DNA from: a virus
Length of the DNA stretch: 64,000 nucleotides
Strand: one strand, 5' to 3'
IMG/VR virus record: IMGVR_UViG_3300022700_000278
Coordinates: 50,883-114,882 of that record
Shown: one piece after another, positions 38,139-47,630 of the stretch
Position numbering within the stretch: position 1 is the first letter of the stretch
How the letters are laid out: the number at the start of each line of letters is the position of its first letter
The notes under the pieces: model-generated
What the model was told of the DNA's origin: nothing
Seen by the model: the letters and a program-made list of their open reading frames with translations, nothing else
Databases searched by the model: none
Program-made: the position numbers and the translations under genes

Positions 38139-40084
38139 TTGATTTTCTCTAGTAAAGCTTCATAGACATCTTTAACTGCAATGTTTTCCATACATTTAGA
38201 GTGTCCTTTTGCTGAGCCAGTCTTTTTGCATGGCATATTCTGGTTTCTCCAACAAGGAACGCAGTCCATTTTGCTACTCACCACAAGACAATTCTTGTAG
38301 TGTTTGCAGCGTGCTCGAGGATCAATCGGACCAAATAAAGCTATAGTAGGGAGGTCAGCACTTCCGGCAAGATGCAAGAAAGAAGTGTCTGGAGTAAGCA
38401 TTATATCTGCGCTTAGAGCTATCGCAGCAGCTTTCCGGAAGGGAAACCCGCCAGCATCTACAGTGTTTGGATATAAAAACTCTCTAGAATGATCAAGAAT
38501 AATTACTTGAAACTTATCAACTAACAAAGGAATTAAATCATTATATTTTTCAATTGGCCAGTTTCGGTATTCTTCTGCACAACGTAAAGCAACAGCCAGT
38601 CTCGGCTTCTCTGTTTCTGGAAGAAAAGTTTTTGCCCAAGAAAGTTCTTCTTCTGTCGGCCAGTAAGTACTAGACTTTTTCTTTATAATCTTAGAAACCC
38701 CTAGTGCCTCTGCAAAGACCTCTACTCTAGTTTTGTCTACTGGTTTTCTACTACGAACCTTGTTAGCTTCGTAGTGAGCGCATGGAGTAGAGATGTCGTA
38801 CACGATAGAATATCTGTTGTTTTTAATTTCCTTATCAGCGTCTAGCAGCTTATCTATCGTTGGACTATTTTCTGCTGCTGGCCAATACTTTTTTGGAAGC
38901 GCGAAGTAAACTTTCTTTGTAGGATATTTATCTTTTAATGCCTCTATGGCAGTCATGCTTTGTGTAATATCTCCAAATCCTCCGAAGTGTCTTTTCACTA
39001 GTACAATATTGTCAGGCTTGAAGCCTTTTCTAGAGTTTACTGTTATCACTTTCTGTACCTTGGTTTTTTCTGCAAGCTTTGTTTTAATTGCATCATGTAC
39101 CATTTCAGGATGCAGTTCTTTCATACAGGTAATTTTTCCACCACACGTTGGGGTATACCAACATCCTTCACAAGGAAGACCTGCTGTAATAGTAGTGCAG
39201 TTTGCATAGTGGTTTGTTCTAGACTCAGGAGGCACAGATCCAAACAGTGACACTGTTTTCTTTTGTAGCGCGCCAGCCAAATGTAACAATGAACTATCAG
39301 GAGTGACTACAACGTCACACTGTTCTAATATAGCCCCAGTGTATCGTAAGTTATAGTTACAAATAAATGTTTGGCGAGGGTTAAAGTGGTTCTTCTTCTC
39401 CCAATGGAACAATGCTACCCTAACCTTAGGGTCTTGCGTAAGAAGCTCTACAAGTCGCTTGTTGTGTTCCAGAGGCCAAGTACGTCTATTGTCATTGCTT
39501 TTTACCTGAAGTCCAACTAAAGTAACGTCCTTGCGGTTGTGGGGGAGCGCTTTTTGCTTTATTAGTTCCTCTGCCCATTCTTTTTCGTCATCAGTAACAA
39601 CATATGTAGGAACAGGGTCAGAAGAAACATCTACCCCAAGTTGTTCCGCAAACATATCTATTCGATTAGGTGGGACCTGACCTTTTTTTTCTCGTGCCAA
39701 ACCAGTCGCTGTTATATCTGTAAATAAATCATAGTCTCTTGCTGTTGCTGTTTTATAGCTAATTAGTTCGTCTACAAAAGGATTGTTTCGAATCACGTCG
39801 CCTAAAGCTCCGTTAGAATAAACCAAATCTGTAGCATATATTAAGTGACAGTTGGGAAGTAGTCTTTTGATGTGCTTGAGCATTGGTGTGCTCATTATCA
39901 CATCGCCAATACCTCCTAGTCTTCTGTAGACACAAACCTTTGGCTTCTTCCCTCGAAGCAGCCCATCTAGTCTGCTGAAAACTTTTGGCTCGGCACGAGC
40001 CTTAGAATGTACGTTTAAAACACGTCCTTTTGATCTCTGCTCTCCATCTGGAACGAGAATGCCTTTTTTAAGCCTGGCTACCAT
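38135..40084 (-). CDS. tandem two-domain GT9 (heptosyltransferase-like) glycosyltransferase
   Basis: Two copies of GG(I/F)GD..R.WP..TPD(S/T)S.LHLAG..LFG..P..R..C.(G/P)CW..C..CM. Confidence 0.85.
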   Translation of the reverse strand: MVARLKKGILVPDGEQRSKGRVLNVHSKARAEPKVFSRLDGLLRGKKPKVCVYRRLGGIGDVIMSTPMLKHIKRLLPNCHLIYATDLVYSNGALGDVIRNNPFVDELISYKTATARDYDLFTDITATGLAREKKGQVPPNRIDMFAEQLGVDVSSDPVPTYVVTDDEKEWAEELIKQKALPHNRKDVTLVGLQVKSNDNRRTWPLEHNKRLVELLTQDPKVRVALFHWEKKNHFNPRQTFICNYNLRYTGAILEQCDVVVTPDSSLLHLAGALQKKTVSLFGSVPPESRTNHYANCTTITAGLPCEGCWYTPTCGGKITCMKELHPEMVHDAIKTKLAEKTKVQKVITVNSRKGFKPDNIVLVKRHFGGFGDITQSMTAIEALKDKYPTKKVYFALPKKYWPAAENSPTIDKLLDADKEIKNNRYSIVYDISTPCAHYEANKVRSRKPVDKTRVEVFAEALGVSKIIKKKSSTYWPTEEELSWAKTFLPETEKPRLAVALRCAEEYRNWPIEKYNDLIPLLVDKFQVIILDHSREFLYPNTVDAGGFPFRKAAAIALSADIMLTPDTSFLHLAGSADLPTIALFGPIDPRARCKHYKNCLVVSSKMDCVPCWRNQNMPCKKTGSAKGHSKCMENIAVKDVYEALLEKIK

Positions 40085-40108
40085 CAGAGTGCCCTTTCTT
40101 TTCGTTTA

Positions 40109-40720
40109 TTACATCTGGACGTGTTCGATCATAATCGAGGGAGAGAACTTTTTGTCATCTTCATAGTTCTCTTTTGAGGTATAGTAAGCTGTTGCTTCGG
40201 TATAAAAGTTCCCTGCATTAGCGCTATTGATCTTCCAGTTTAGCTTGACAACATTAACTTCTGGCGTCTTTGTGGAAAATAGCGCTGCCATATCCTCTGC
40301 TAATTCTGTAGGATTGCGAGGCTTGCTAAAGCGTAGTTTGTCTATTAGCTTGCCAGTATATTGTCTAGCGTCTTCGTATTCACCGAAAGAAAGCTCAATT
40401 CCAATAATATTTGGACGGCTTCTCATGAGTGTTCTAAAGTATTCCGCTAATTCTTCTTCTTCTAATTTGCGGATTGCGATAGTTCCTGGGAGGCCACTAT
40501 ATTCCCAATTGCCATTTTCGTCTTGTTCATATTGATATAGTATCTTCTTTCGTTTCGCACGCATATCCTTTATTTGCTGTACAATTTCTCTTTGATTGTC
40601 TGCATCGGAAATTTCCATTCGAGTAGGATTGCGAGCAATAAGCCTAGTCGATGGATTTACCCTTGCATCGGGATCTACTTTATCAGGGGAAACTTTTTCT
40701 GGAGTTCTTTTTGCGACCAT
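40109..40720 (-). CDS. hypothetical protein
   Basis: 203-aa co-oriented ORF. Confidence 0.65.
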   Translation of the reverse strand: MVAKRTPEKVSPDKVDPDARVNPSTRLIARNPTRMEISDADNQREIVQQIKDMRAKRKKILYQYEQDENGNWEYSGLPGTIAIRKLEEEELAEYFRTLMRSRPNIIGIELSFGEYEDARQYTGKLIDKLRFSKPRNPTELAEDMAALFSTKTPEVNVVKLNWKINSANAGNFYTEATAYYTSKENYEDDKKFSPSIMIEHVQM

Positions 40721-40722
40721 TT

Positions 40723-41292
40723 TTATAGCCTTCCTTTCATTTTACCTGCAATTATTTGCAGGTCCTCGTTAATCGATGTTTTGCTAACCCCAAGAGATTG
40801 TGCAATTTGTCTGCAACTAGGAGCCTCTAAGGTTAACAAGGTTAGTATAATTGCTTTTTCGTAAATAGACAAGTTTTTGGCCAGCCATCGAGTTTCGAAT
40901 AGAAACTTAGGAATAGAAGGCCATATTTCTTCTTCTATGCAATATGTTCCTAAGTTTATCTCTAATCCTGTTGCGTCTTCTGGTGGAGGAGAAAGCCTGT
41001 TCAGCAACTCAGACACTTTCCAAGGAGTTCTGGTTTCTATGTAATAGAGTAACCGCTTATTGGGATCAAATTCTTCTATAAGAGTGTTGCACAGCAAAAA
41101 GATTTCACTTTCTGCTTCTTCTTGTTCAAGATTACACTGTGTTCGTAGTGCGTCCCTTACCCAGTCCAAGGAAGGAGAGAGTATTTTATATAGTAATTTT
41201 TTCTTGGTGACAATAGAGACTTCTTTGTTTTTGACATATTTTTCCCATTTTTTTATCTTCTTTCTTCTTTGTTCTGGTAGGAACCAAGACAA
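40723..41292 (-). CDS. sigma-70-like RNA polymerase sigma factor (divergent)
   Basis: Region-2-like EEAESEIFLLCNTLIEEFDPNKRLLYYI and region-4 HTH LSIYEKAII..SCRQIAQSLGVSKTSI. Confidence 0.6.
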   Translation of the reverse strand: MSWFLPEQRRKKIKKWEKYVKNKEVSIVTKKKLLYKILSPSLDWVRDALRTQCNLEQEEAESEIFLLCNTLIEEFDPNKRLLYYIETRTPWKVSELLNRLSPPPEDATGLEINLGTYCIEEEIWPSIPKFLFETRWLAKNLSIYEKAIILTLLTLEAPSCRQIAQSLGVSKTSINEDLQIIAGKMKGRL

Positions 41293-41293
41293 A

Positions 41294-41602
41294 TTAGAAG
41301 TTGTCTTTCCAGTAGCCTGGATCGGTATAATCTAAACGATCATATCCATTTAGCTGACACCAGCCGTGCAAGGGAAAAACGTTTTCCTCGAGTCGCTTTT
41401 GACATTCTTCTAGCGAGCCATACCAACGTTGCTCTAGGGGTTTAATTCCGTTTCCTGATGCGCCATCTTCATCAGCATAATACAGAATGTGATATCCGCT
41501 ATTATCCAGGGCAAGTTGTGCTGTTGCAGTATGGGTGTGTGGAAGCTCTATTCTATCATAGTTCTTCGTAAAATCGAGACTTAGTTGTTTATTTGCCAAC
41601 AT
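41294..41602 (-). CDS. hypothetical protein
   Basis: Co-oriented ORF; ATG 41602 follows the upstream stop codon. Confidence 0.6.
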   Translation of the reverse strand: MLANKQLSLDFTKNYDRIELPHTHTATAQLALDNSGYHILYYADEDGASGNGIKPLEQRWYGSLEECQKRLEENVFPLHGWCQLNGYDRLDYTDPGYWKDNF

Positions 41603-41604
41603 TT

Positions 41605-42192
41605 TTACTCCCATGTCGGAATTTGAGATTCATACTCTTCTGTGAGTTTGTCGTAAAACATTACTTTATAGCCTAGCTTTTTGCAAAATTCGATATTTTT
41701 CTTTTCTGTGCTGCGCCATAAGACTACGGTTAATTTATCTGCTTCTTCAGGATGTACTATTTTAAAACGTCTCAATCTGCTTCTGCTTTCTGAGTTTAGC
41801 CACCCTTTGATTTCGTACCAACCTTTTTTAAACCGTTTTGAACCTTTTGTTATTTCAAAATCAGGAATATATTGGAAGGGTTTTCTTTCATATCCAAAGA
41901 AAGGAAAAACTTGTTCTTCGAATTTCCACTTAAGATTTTCTTTTTCCAAAATTCTAGCAAAATTAGCTTCTGTCGCAGAACGAAAAACATAAGAAGGATG
42001 AATGTCTTTTCGTTTTCCTCGTTTTACTTTGGAAAGTTTTGCTGCCGCGGGAGCTTTTCTTCCATCTTTCTTTTTTGTCTTGTTTTTATCACAGCTTACA
42101 CAGACAACCTTAAAAGCCATATCATAATTTGACGGGAGATAAAATAAATCTTTCCCACACTTGCTGCATTTGATCTTTCTTCTCCTTCCCAA
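41605..42192 (-). CDS. PD-(D/E)XK endonuclease (T7 endonuclease I-like) with an N-terminal Zn ribbon
   Basis: CSKC..CVSC, FRSATE and YIPDF..YEIKG motifs. Confidence 0.75.
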   Translation of the reverse strand: MGRRRKIKCSKCGKDLFYLPSNYDMAFKVVCVSCDKNKTKKKDGRKAPAAAKLSKVKRGKRKDIHPSYVFRSATEANFARILEKENLKWKFEEQVFPFFGYERKPFQYIPDFEITKGSKRFKKGWYEIKGWLNSESRSRLRRFKIVHPEEADKLTVVLWRSTEKKNIEFCKKLGYKVMFYDKLTEEYESQIPTWE

Positions 42193-42204
42193 TTAGATTC
42201 CTCC

Positions 42205-42480
42205 TTACACTGTTACTAGCTTGTCTTTATAATCAAGCTCGCCAGATAACACAAGGACTTCTTCTCCAAGTTTTAAAGACAGGGTGCCTTTTCCTTCCAA
42301 CACAGTAACCGGCAATGTCTCTGAAATCAAGCCTTCTTCTTTACAAATTTCTAAGCAAATTGTTGCTGCTTCTTCTGCGCTGTGTCGCAGGTCTGGTGGC
42401 AAACAGCCCGTTCGTTCAAAGAAATTAGTAAAGCCGCTCATTCCTTTAGCTAGTGATCTTGTTACTTTTTCTGGTAGCAT
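42205..42480 (-). CDS. hypothetical protein
   Basis: AAGGAG RBS before ATG 42480 (MLPEKV). Confidence 0.6.
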   Translation of the reverse strand: MLPEKVTRSLAKGMSGFTNFFERTGCLPPDLRHSAEEAATICLEICKEEGLISETLPVTVLEGKGTLSLKLGEEVLVLSGELDYKDKLVTV

Positions 42481-42505
42481 CCCTGCTCCTTCTCTTGTGT
42501 GTAAA

Positions 42506-42670
42506 CTAGCAGAATTTTGATCCTGCACAGAATCGACAGCTATTGACTTTGTCAGGAGTCTTTGCAAAGTCTTTTTCTAATATTTTAGGATTAGAGTTGT
42601 TTTTGAATAATTCATATTCATAATCTTCATCTAATTCAACGAAGAGTTCTTCGGCAACTTCTGGTGACAT
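42506..42670 (-). CDS. 54-aa acidic peptide with a Cys-rich C-terminus (not in the ORF track)
   Basis: GGAG RBS; MSPEVAEELFVELDEDYEYE..SCRFCAGSKFC*. Confidence 0.55.
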   Translation of the reverse strand: MSPEVAEELFVELDEDYEYELFKNNSNPKILEKDFAKTPDKVNSCRFCAGSKFC

Positions 42671-42697
42671 TGTTTATCTCCAAACTACAGCGAAGGC

Positions 42698-43258
42698 CTA
42701 GTCTTTTTGGTTGAACGGTCTACTTGGAATTTTTCTTTTCGGCCAAGTATATTTTTTCTTTTGTTTTTGTGGTTTCTTGTTCTTTTCTGCTGCTTCTTTT
42801 ACTTTTTTCCACATGTCTTCTGTCTTTTTTGAAATAAGAGAAAGAGCAAGTTCGTTTTTTATCTTTTCAGAAAGCTCAGATTCGTCTATGTTCGCTTCTT
42901 CGTATGACACCATGACATAGACCCATCCGGCTTTTTCAGCAGCTTCTCGCTTAGCCTCGTCACGCTCTTGTTGTTTTACAAGGTTTGTTTTGGCTTCTTC
43001 TAAAGAGATTCCTCCAAATGTCACTGGTTCAAAATGTTGTTTTCCGTGACATTCTATGATTATTTTTGCTCCCAAGACTACCCAGTCAAATTTTTCTTTT
43101 CCAGAAGAGAATTCCTTGTTTACTTTTTTGACTGGGTATTCTTGTCGGATCTCAAAATTTTTAAATTCTGGGATTTTTTGTATTAATTCTCCCACATGCT
43201 TGTGGAGTTTGCTTGCGTTCTTAGCCAATTCTCTTGGTAGTTTTGTTTTTTTCATCAA
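42698..43258 (-). CDS. DUF559/Vsr-like endonuclease
   Basis: RQEY..FDW..IIECHGKQHF..ERDEAK..GW motif. Confidence 0.65.
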   Translation of the reverse strand: MMKKTKLPRELAKNASKLHKHVGELIQKIPEFKNFEIRQEYPVKKVNKEFSSGKEKFDWVVLGAKIIIECHGKQHFEPVTFGGISLEEAKTNLVKQQERDEAKREAAEKAGWVYVMVSYEEANIDESELSEKIKNELALSLISKKTEDMWKKVKEAAEKNKKPQKQKKKYTWPKRKIPSRPFNQKD

Positions 43259-43542
43259 GCTAGCTTTCTTAGTGGCGGTGGCCCAAGAGCCAACAAACCA
43301 TTTTCCATAGCGAAGTTTGTTAAAGCTTCGTGCAAAGAATCGTCTTCGATAGCTTCTAAATGCCCACCAGTAACTTCTTCGATATGGCTTTGTGCTTTTG
43401 CATGGTCAATAAATATTAAATATTCTTTGCATCCATGTCCAATTGTAGCTCTATGTTCATATCTATGAAAAACTAGATTTTCCTTTTCATTATCTACTTT
43501 TAATGGAAAACTTTTTCTGCTTAAGATTTGGAAGTTTGACAT
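43255..43542 (-). CDS. hypothetical protein
   Basis: Co-oriented ORF with overlaps at both ends. Confidence 0.6.
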   Translation of the reverse strand: MSNFQILSRKSFPLKVDNEKENLVFHRYEHRATIGHGCKEYLIFIDHAKAQSHIEEVTGGHLEAIEDDSLHEALTNFAMENGLLALGPPPLRKLA

Positions 43543-44240
43543 TTATTGCACCTTTCGCAGGTCCAGTATGGGTGATAGTTGATATTTTGTTTCATTCCGC
43601 GAGCAAGAAATTCTATGATTTTTCCTGCTTCTGCAATGTTGTCCTTATCATAATAACACGAGGAAATATTGATTTCATTATTCTTAGCTAACAGATCTAC
43701 ATTGATATAAACAATATCTTTGTCTAAGTCTTGTAGCAAATACATTTCTGCCATGGTTTTTATATCTTGAGAAAGTGTTCTACGAGATACTTTTTCCCAT
43801 CCTATATTTATTATGTTGATATATTTGTCTATTTTCTTAGGAACTTTTATTATATCTAGTTTGCTATGTAAAACTCCGCTTAATAATTTCTTTTCTAGCG
43901 GCACGCCAACACCAAGAGTAAAATATCCTGTTCCTACAATGTCATAATTACAATAGCTGTTAAATTTCATTGCGGCAGAAAATGTTTTTTCTTCTATTTC
44001 TTTTGCACTTAATCCTAATGATGTTGCCAGAGGCCACCAGATCTTGTTCCAATATTTTCCAAGCATTCTATTGTCAACAAAGCCTTTGCTTTTTGTTGCT
44101 TCGACTTCTGCGGCACAAATAGAATCTTTCATTGCCTTTACAAATGGAGGCGGTTTCTCATATAACTTGGCAGTTCCTCCCCTGTTATAGAGGAATGGAC
44201 AAAAACTAAATGTTTTTACATCTTCTGGTGTTATCCGCAT
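43521..44240 (-). CDS. Cas4/RecB-like PD-(D/E)XK-fold protein, probably catalytically degenerate
   Basis: FCP..Y at the N-terminus, SKLDII, and a C-terminal CERC..C; the D/E-x-K position reads INI. Confidence 0.5.
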   Translation of the reverse strand: MRITPEDVKTFSFCPFLYNRGGTAKLYEKPPPFVKAMKDSICAAEVEATKSKGFVDNRMLGKYWNKIWWPLATSLGLSAKEIEEKTFSAAMKFNSYCNYDIVGTGYFTLGVGVPLEKKLLSGVLHSKLDIIKVPKKIDKYINIINIGWEKVSRRTLSQDIKTMAEMYLLQDLDKDIVYINVDLLAKNNEINISSCYYDKDNIAEAGKIIEFLARGMKQNINYHPYWTCERCNKCQTSKS

Positions 44241-44295
44241 AATAGCCTATTGCAAACAACAAGGATCCAGATCCAGAAAAGAACAATCAGAATTG

Positions 44296-44481
44296 TTATA
44301 GTTTTGTTTTTCGACATGCCAGTCGATCTCTTAGTTCTAAATATCTTTCTAATATTCCAGACGAAGCCTCGCACACATCACCAAACATTTCCAGTGCATC
44401 TGTTACTGTTTTGTATAAAATTCTTCCATTTTCAGGAGTGGCAAGGAAAACACTTCCTACTAGCGCTAACAGTCCTTTCAT
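44296..44481 (-). CDS. small hypothetical protein
   Basis: ATGA overlap with the primase stop codon. Confidence 0.5.
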   Translation of the reverse strand: MKGLLALVGSVFLATPENGRILYKTVTDALEMFGDVCEASSGILERYLELRDRLACRKTKL

Positions 44482-46919
44482 AGGCTCTTTTTTCTTTCCT
44501 TTAAGAACTCTCTTCTTGCTTCTATATCTGCTAAAGCGGCTTCTTTGTCAACAGATTTCATATATCCCCATCTGGGAAATAGATCAAAGAACTCTCTGTC
44601 TTCATAGCCAGAGATTTTGTTCTTTCCAAATTTGCATCTTACTCTAGGCAAGAGTTCGTCGTTATATTCATGGACCATTCTAGATCCAGAAACTCCGTTG
44701 TCTTGTGTGTGAGCGTCGTTGTAAAGATGCAGTACGGCCGAGGCATCGTATTTAATTGCTCTGCTATCTGCAATGCTATCGTTTGACGGCATTGCATTGT
44801 CATATGATTTTCTATATTCAACGGTAGAAACGATGGTTGCTTTATATTCTGTAGTAAGATTCTTGATATAGTTTGATACTTTTTTGACTCGGTCAGACCC
44901 TTGTAAGTTGTCAAAGTCAGAAATTTTATGGAAGTTGTCTATAAAAAATACAATGTTTTTGTCTGGCATGTTCTCTCTATAATATCTTAAAATGTTTCTC
45001 ATATAGGAGAGAGAACTGCCATCGCTTGCGTCTTTGAGCACTAATCTTTGTTCTCTTGCTAGCTTTACTACTTTTCTGTAGCCTTCGTCTCTGATTTTCA
45101 GCATCTTTTCTGCTTCTCTAAGAGGCATCCGCTCTTTCCAATAATTGGGATTTGCTATTTGCCCAAGAGTAAGATCAAGGTTATCAGCAGCAACTCCGAC
45201 TAGCTTAAACAAAATAAGTCTAGCTGCGTCGTCAATCGACAAGTATATAGTAACTGCTTCATTAGCAAGGTTCTCTGCGATTTCATATGCCATTTGTGCA
45301 CATAAAGTGCTTTTGCCTGCTTGTGCATCTCCTCCAATACACATCCAGGTGTTGCTTCTCCAGTCGTCATCTAGTCTTTTGGCAATGTTTCCTAATCCAT
45401 CCTCTCTCATATAAAAACCAGCAAAATCTGTAGATTTTTTCTCGTCTTCTTCTTTTTGAGCAAGGATCCGACTTACCATTCCTGCACTACCAGAAGAGTC
45501 TCCGTCTATGCTTCTGTGCAGGTTTTCAATGCTATTATGTGCTTCGCTTAATAGTAAACTTGTATCGTCTGGATTCTTTTTTGCTCGCCACAAGACGTCA
45601 TTTAATATGCCAAGCTTTTTTTCTGCAAGTTCTTCATGGACGATGTTTCGACGACGCTTAATTTCAGACAGAATTGTCAAAACATCTATGCCAGTATAAA
45701 CAGCCAATGCCTTGGCCATTTTTTCGTGTCTGATGTGGCTTGGTTCTGCTAAGATAATAGGAATCATTTTTGCAGCCACATCTTCTGGGTCGGCATCGTC
45801 GTTAAATCTGTTTAGTCTCCACTCAAAAGCTTCCCAGCGTTTTAGTCTAAGAAACTCTCCTGGTCCTTTTTCTCTGAAGAGCTGATCTGGATCCATTCCT
45901 GTTGGAAGCTGGATAAGTTTTACTCTAAATTCTTTGTGTTCGCTTAATTTCTCATCCATCAACTTCTGAATGGCTGCTTCTCCAGCAGGATCCGAATCGA
46001 AAACAAAGATGAGGTTAAAACATCCATGTCTTTTCAACAGGCTAATATGGTGATCTGTGAACGATGTGCCAAGCGAACAGACACAGTTCATATGGCCATG
46101 ATGTCTTGCTGTTATGACATCTGATTGGCCTTCAAAAATATATAAAGGAGAGCCAGCATCTATGGCAATATCAAAACCATAGAGCCGTTCTCCTTTTTTG
46201 AAGATATTACATTCTAGACCAGTAACTCTAGTGTTATTGTATTTTGGGCCAGCGCTTGGATCTCCTTTCTCATACTTTAGGTTTCTTGCGCTAAATCCAA
46301 CTGGTCTTCCATCTGTGTCGAAGACGGTAAAGATTAAATTATGGCTGTCAAATAAGTTGCTTCTGTCTAAGTCTATGCCTTTTAAAAAGCCAGGCTCGAA
46401 GCCAGCCTTTTTTAGTGTTTCTCTAAACTTTTTAAAGTCTACGGTTCCGATTCCCCATTCTGCACATCGTTTAGGGTCCCACTTTCTAGCTTCAAGCTCT
46501 GGCAACACCTTAGAATAGTCACCAAACTCCGGATCTGCTACTAGTTCTGCAGCCAATTGATAAGCATTATATGTTCTGAATTCATAGACCTCTTCTTGTG
46601 TGAGGTCAGCCATCTTAATATCTATGTCATATTTTTCAGTAAGGTATAAAACGTTATCTTCGATAAATCCTTTTCCTCTGATTGGTCGGTCTTCAAGAAA
46701 ATGAACTGCCGAAAATATATCCATGACCATTCCACAACTAAAACAGAAAGCTCTTTCGGGATCCTGTTTTATGGTCATAGATGGAGTCTTGTCTTCATGT
46801 TTTGGATTAAGACAAGAAAAGTTTTTTTCTGTGTTTATTCCATTGTCTTCTAAATATTGACGCAGATATGGCTTAATAGCAGACGTGGCTGCTTCTAGAT
46901 CTAGCAGTCTGTTTTTCAT
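44478..46919 (-). CDS. DnaG primase / DnaB-like helicase fusion
   Basis: CHC2 zinc finger (CLNPKHEDKTPS..CFSC), KYNN, TOPRIM (EGQSDV, FDSDPAG), Walker A GDAQAGKST and Walker B FIDNFH. Confidence 0.9.
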   Translation of the reverse strand: MKNRLLDLEAATSAIKPYLRQYLEDNGINTEKNFSCLNPKHEDKTPSMTIKQDPERAFCFSCGMVMDIFSAVHFLEDRPIRGKGFIEDNVLYLTEKYDIDIKMADLTQEEVYEFRTYNAYQLAAELVADPEFGDYSKVLPELEARKWDPKRCAEWGIGTVDFKKFRETLKKAGFEPGFLKGIDLDRSNLFDSHNLIFTVFDTDGRPVGFSARNLKYEKGDPSAGPKYNNTRVTGLECNIFKKGERLYGFDIAIDAGSPLYIFEGQSDVITARHHGHMNCVCSLGTSFTDHHISLLKRHGCFNLIFVFDSDPAGEAAIQKLMDEKLSEHKEFRVKLIQLPTGMDPDQLFREKGPGEFLRLKRWEAFEWRLNRFNDDADPEDVAAKMIPIILAEPSHIRHEKMAKALAVYTGIDVLTILSEIKRRRNIVHEELAEKKLGILNDVLWRAKKNPDDTSLLLSEAHNSIENLHRSIDGDSSGSAGMVSRILAQKEEDEKKSTDFAGFYMREDGLGNIAKRLDDDWRSNTWMCIGGDAQAGKSTLCAQMAYEIAENLANEAVTIYLSIDDAARLILFKLVGVAADNLDLTLGQIANPNYWKERMPLREAEKMLKIRDEGYRKVVKLAREQRLVLKDASDGSSLSYMRNILRYYRENMPDKNIVFFIDNFHKISDFDNLQGSDRVKKVSNYIKNLTTEYKATIVSTVEYRKSYDNAMPSNDSIADSRAIKYDASAVLHLYNDAHTQDNGVSGSRMVHEYNDELLPRVRCKFGKNKISGYEDREFFDLFPRWGYMKSVDKEAALADIEARREFLKERKKSL

Positions 46920-46931
46920 CTTTTGTTGCTC

Positions 46932-47630
46932 CTAAGAGCGTTTGATTTTGAGGTGGTTTTCTAGGTCGTTTATAGCGTCTTTTTTAATTCCTATAATTCC
47001 ATTCAAACAAGATTCCGCAAGTCTTATTTTCTCTGGCAGCTCTGACATGCAGCGAATAGATTCCTGTAGCCCTCGAGCTTCTTCTCGGTATTGTTTGTTC
47101 CACGGGTGTTCTACGCAAATAGTAAGAGCAGTAGGGTGAACTAGTGCTCTTGGATCATCGTCTACAAGAACATGTGTGTTTACTAACTGTTTAGCAGTCA
47201 CATCAGATGTCATTATTACATTATAGGGAATGCTACCAAGGTGTTCATGCAGCCAATCCAGCTTTTCTGAAACAACATAGTTTTGTGGGTTTTTGCTATT
47301 TCTATTAAGGTTTAAGGCTTTTGTCAATATAGTTATTTCTCGTCCATCTTTTGCTAATTGCTCCATGGCTTCTATTGCATAAGGCATTGGCTCTAGATTT
47401 CGAAAAAAATCTTTCTGCATAAGAAGTTCATAAATTTCTTTATCAGAAAAATTTTTCTTTTTTGTGCCTTTTTGTTCTTCTTCTAGTTTTTGTTTCACTA
47501 TTTTAGCAAAATGAACTTCTTTTATTTCATCATAAGACAAACAAAGAGACAATTCTTTTTCAACAGCCTTGTTGGCAGAACTAACAAAGTCAGCCAATAC
47601 GCCATCCATGTCAACTGCAACTTTGATCAT
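46932..47630 (-). CDS. 5'(3')-deoxyribonucleotidase (HAD)
   Basis: VDMDGVLADF, FFRNLEP, EKLDWL, LVDD and PWN motifs; ATGA overlap start. Confidence 0.85.
   Translation of the reverse strand: MIKVAVDMDGVLADFVSSANKAVEKELSLCLSYDEIKEVHFAKIVKQKLEEEQKGTKKKNFSDKEIYELLMQKDFFRNLEPMPYAIEAMEQLAKDGREITILTKALNLNRNSKNPQNYVVSEKLDWLHEHLGSIPYNVIMTSDVTAKQLVNTHVLVDDDPRALVHPTALTICVEHPWNKQYREEARGLQESIRCMSELPEKIRLAESCLNGIIGIKKDAINDLENHLKIKRS

Noticed and set aside
32614-40084. Host LPS locus or assembly chimera
   Set aside because: The genes are tightly overlapped and continuous with the phage operon, in the same general AT-rich codon style, and there are no transport or polymerase genes.
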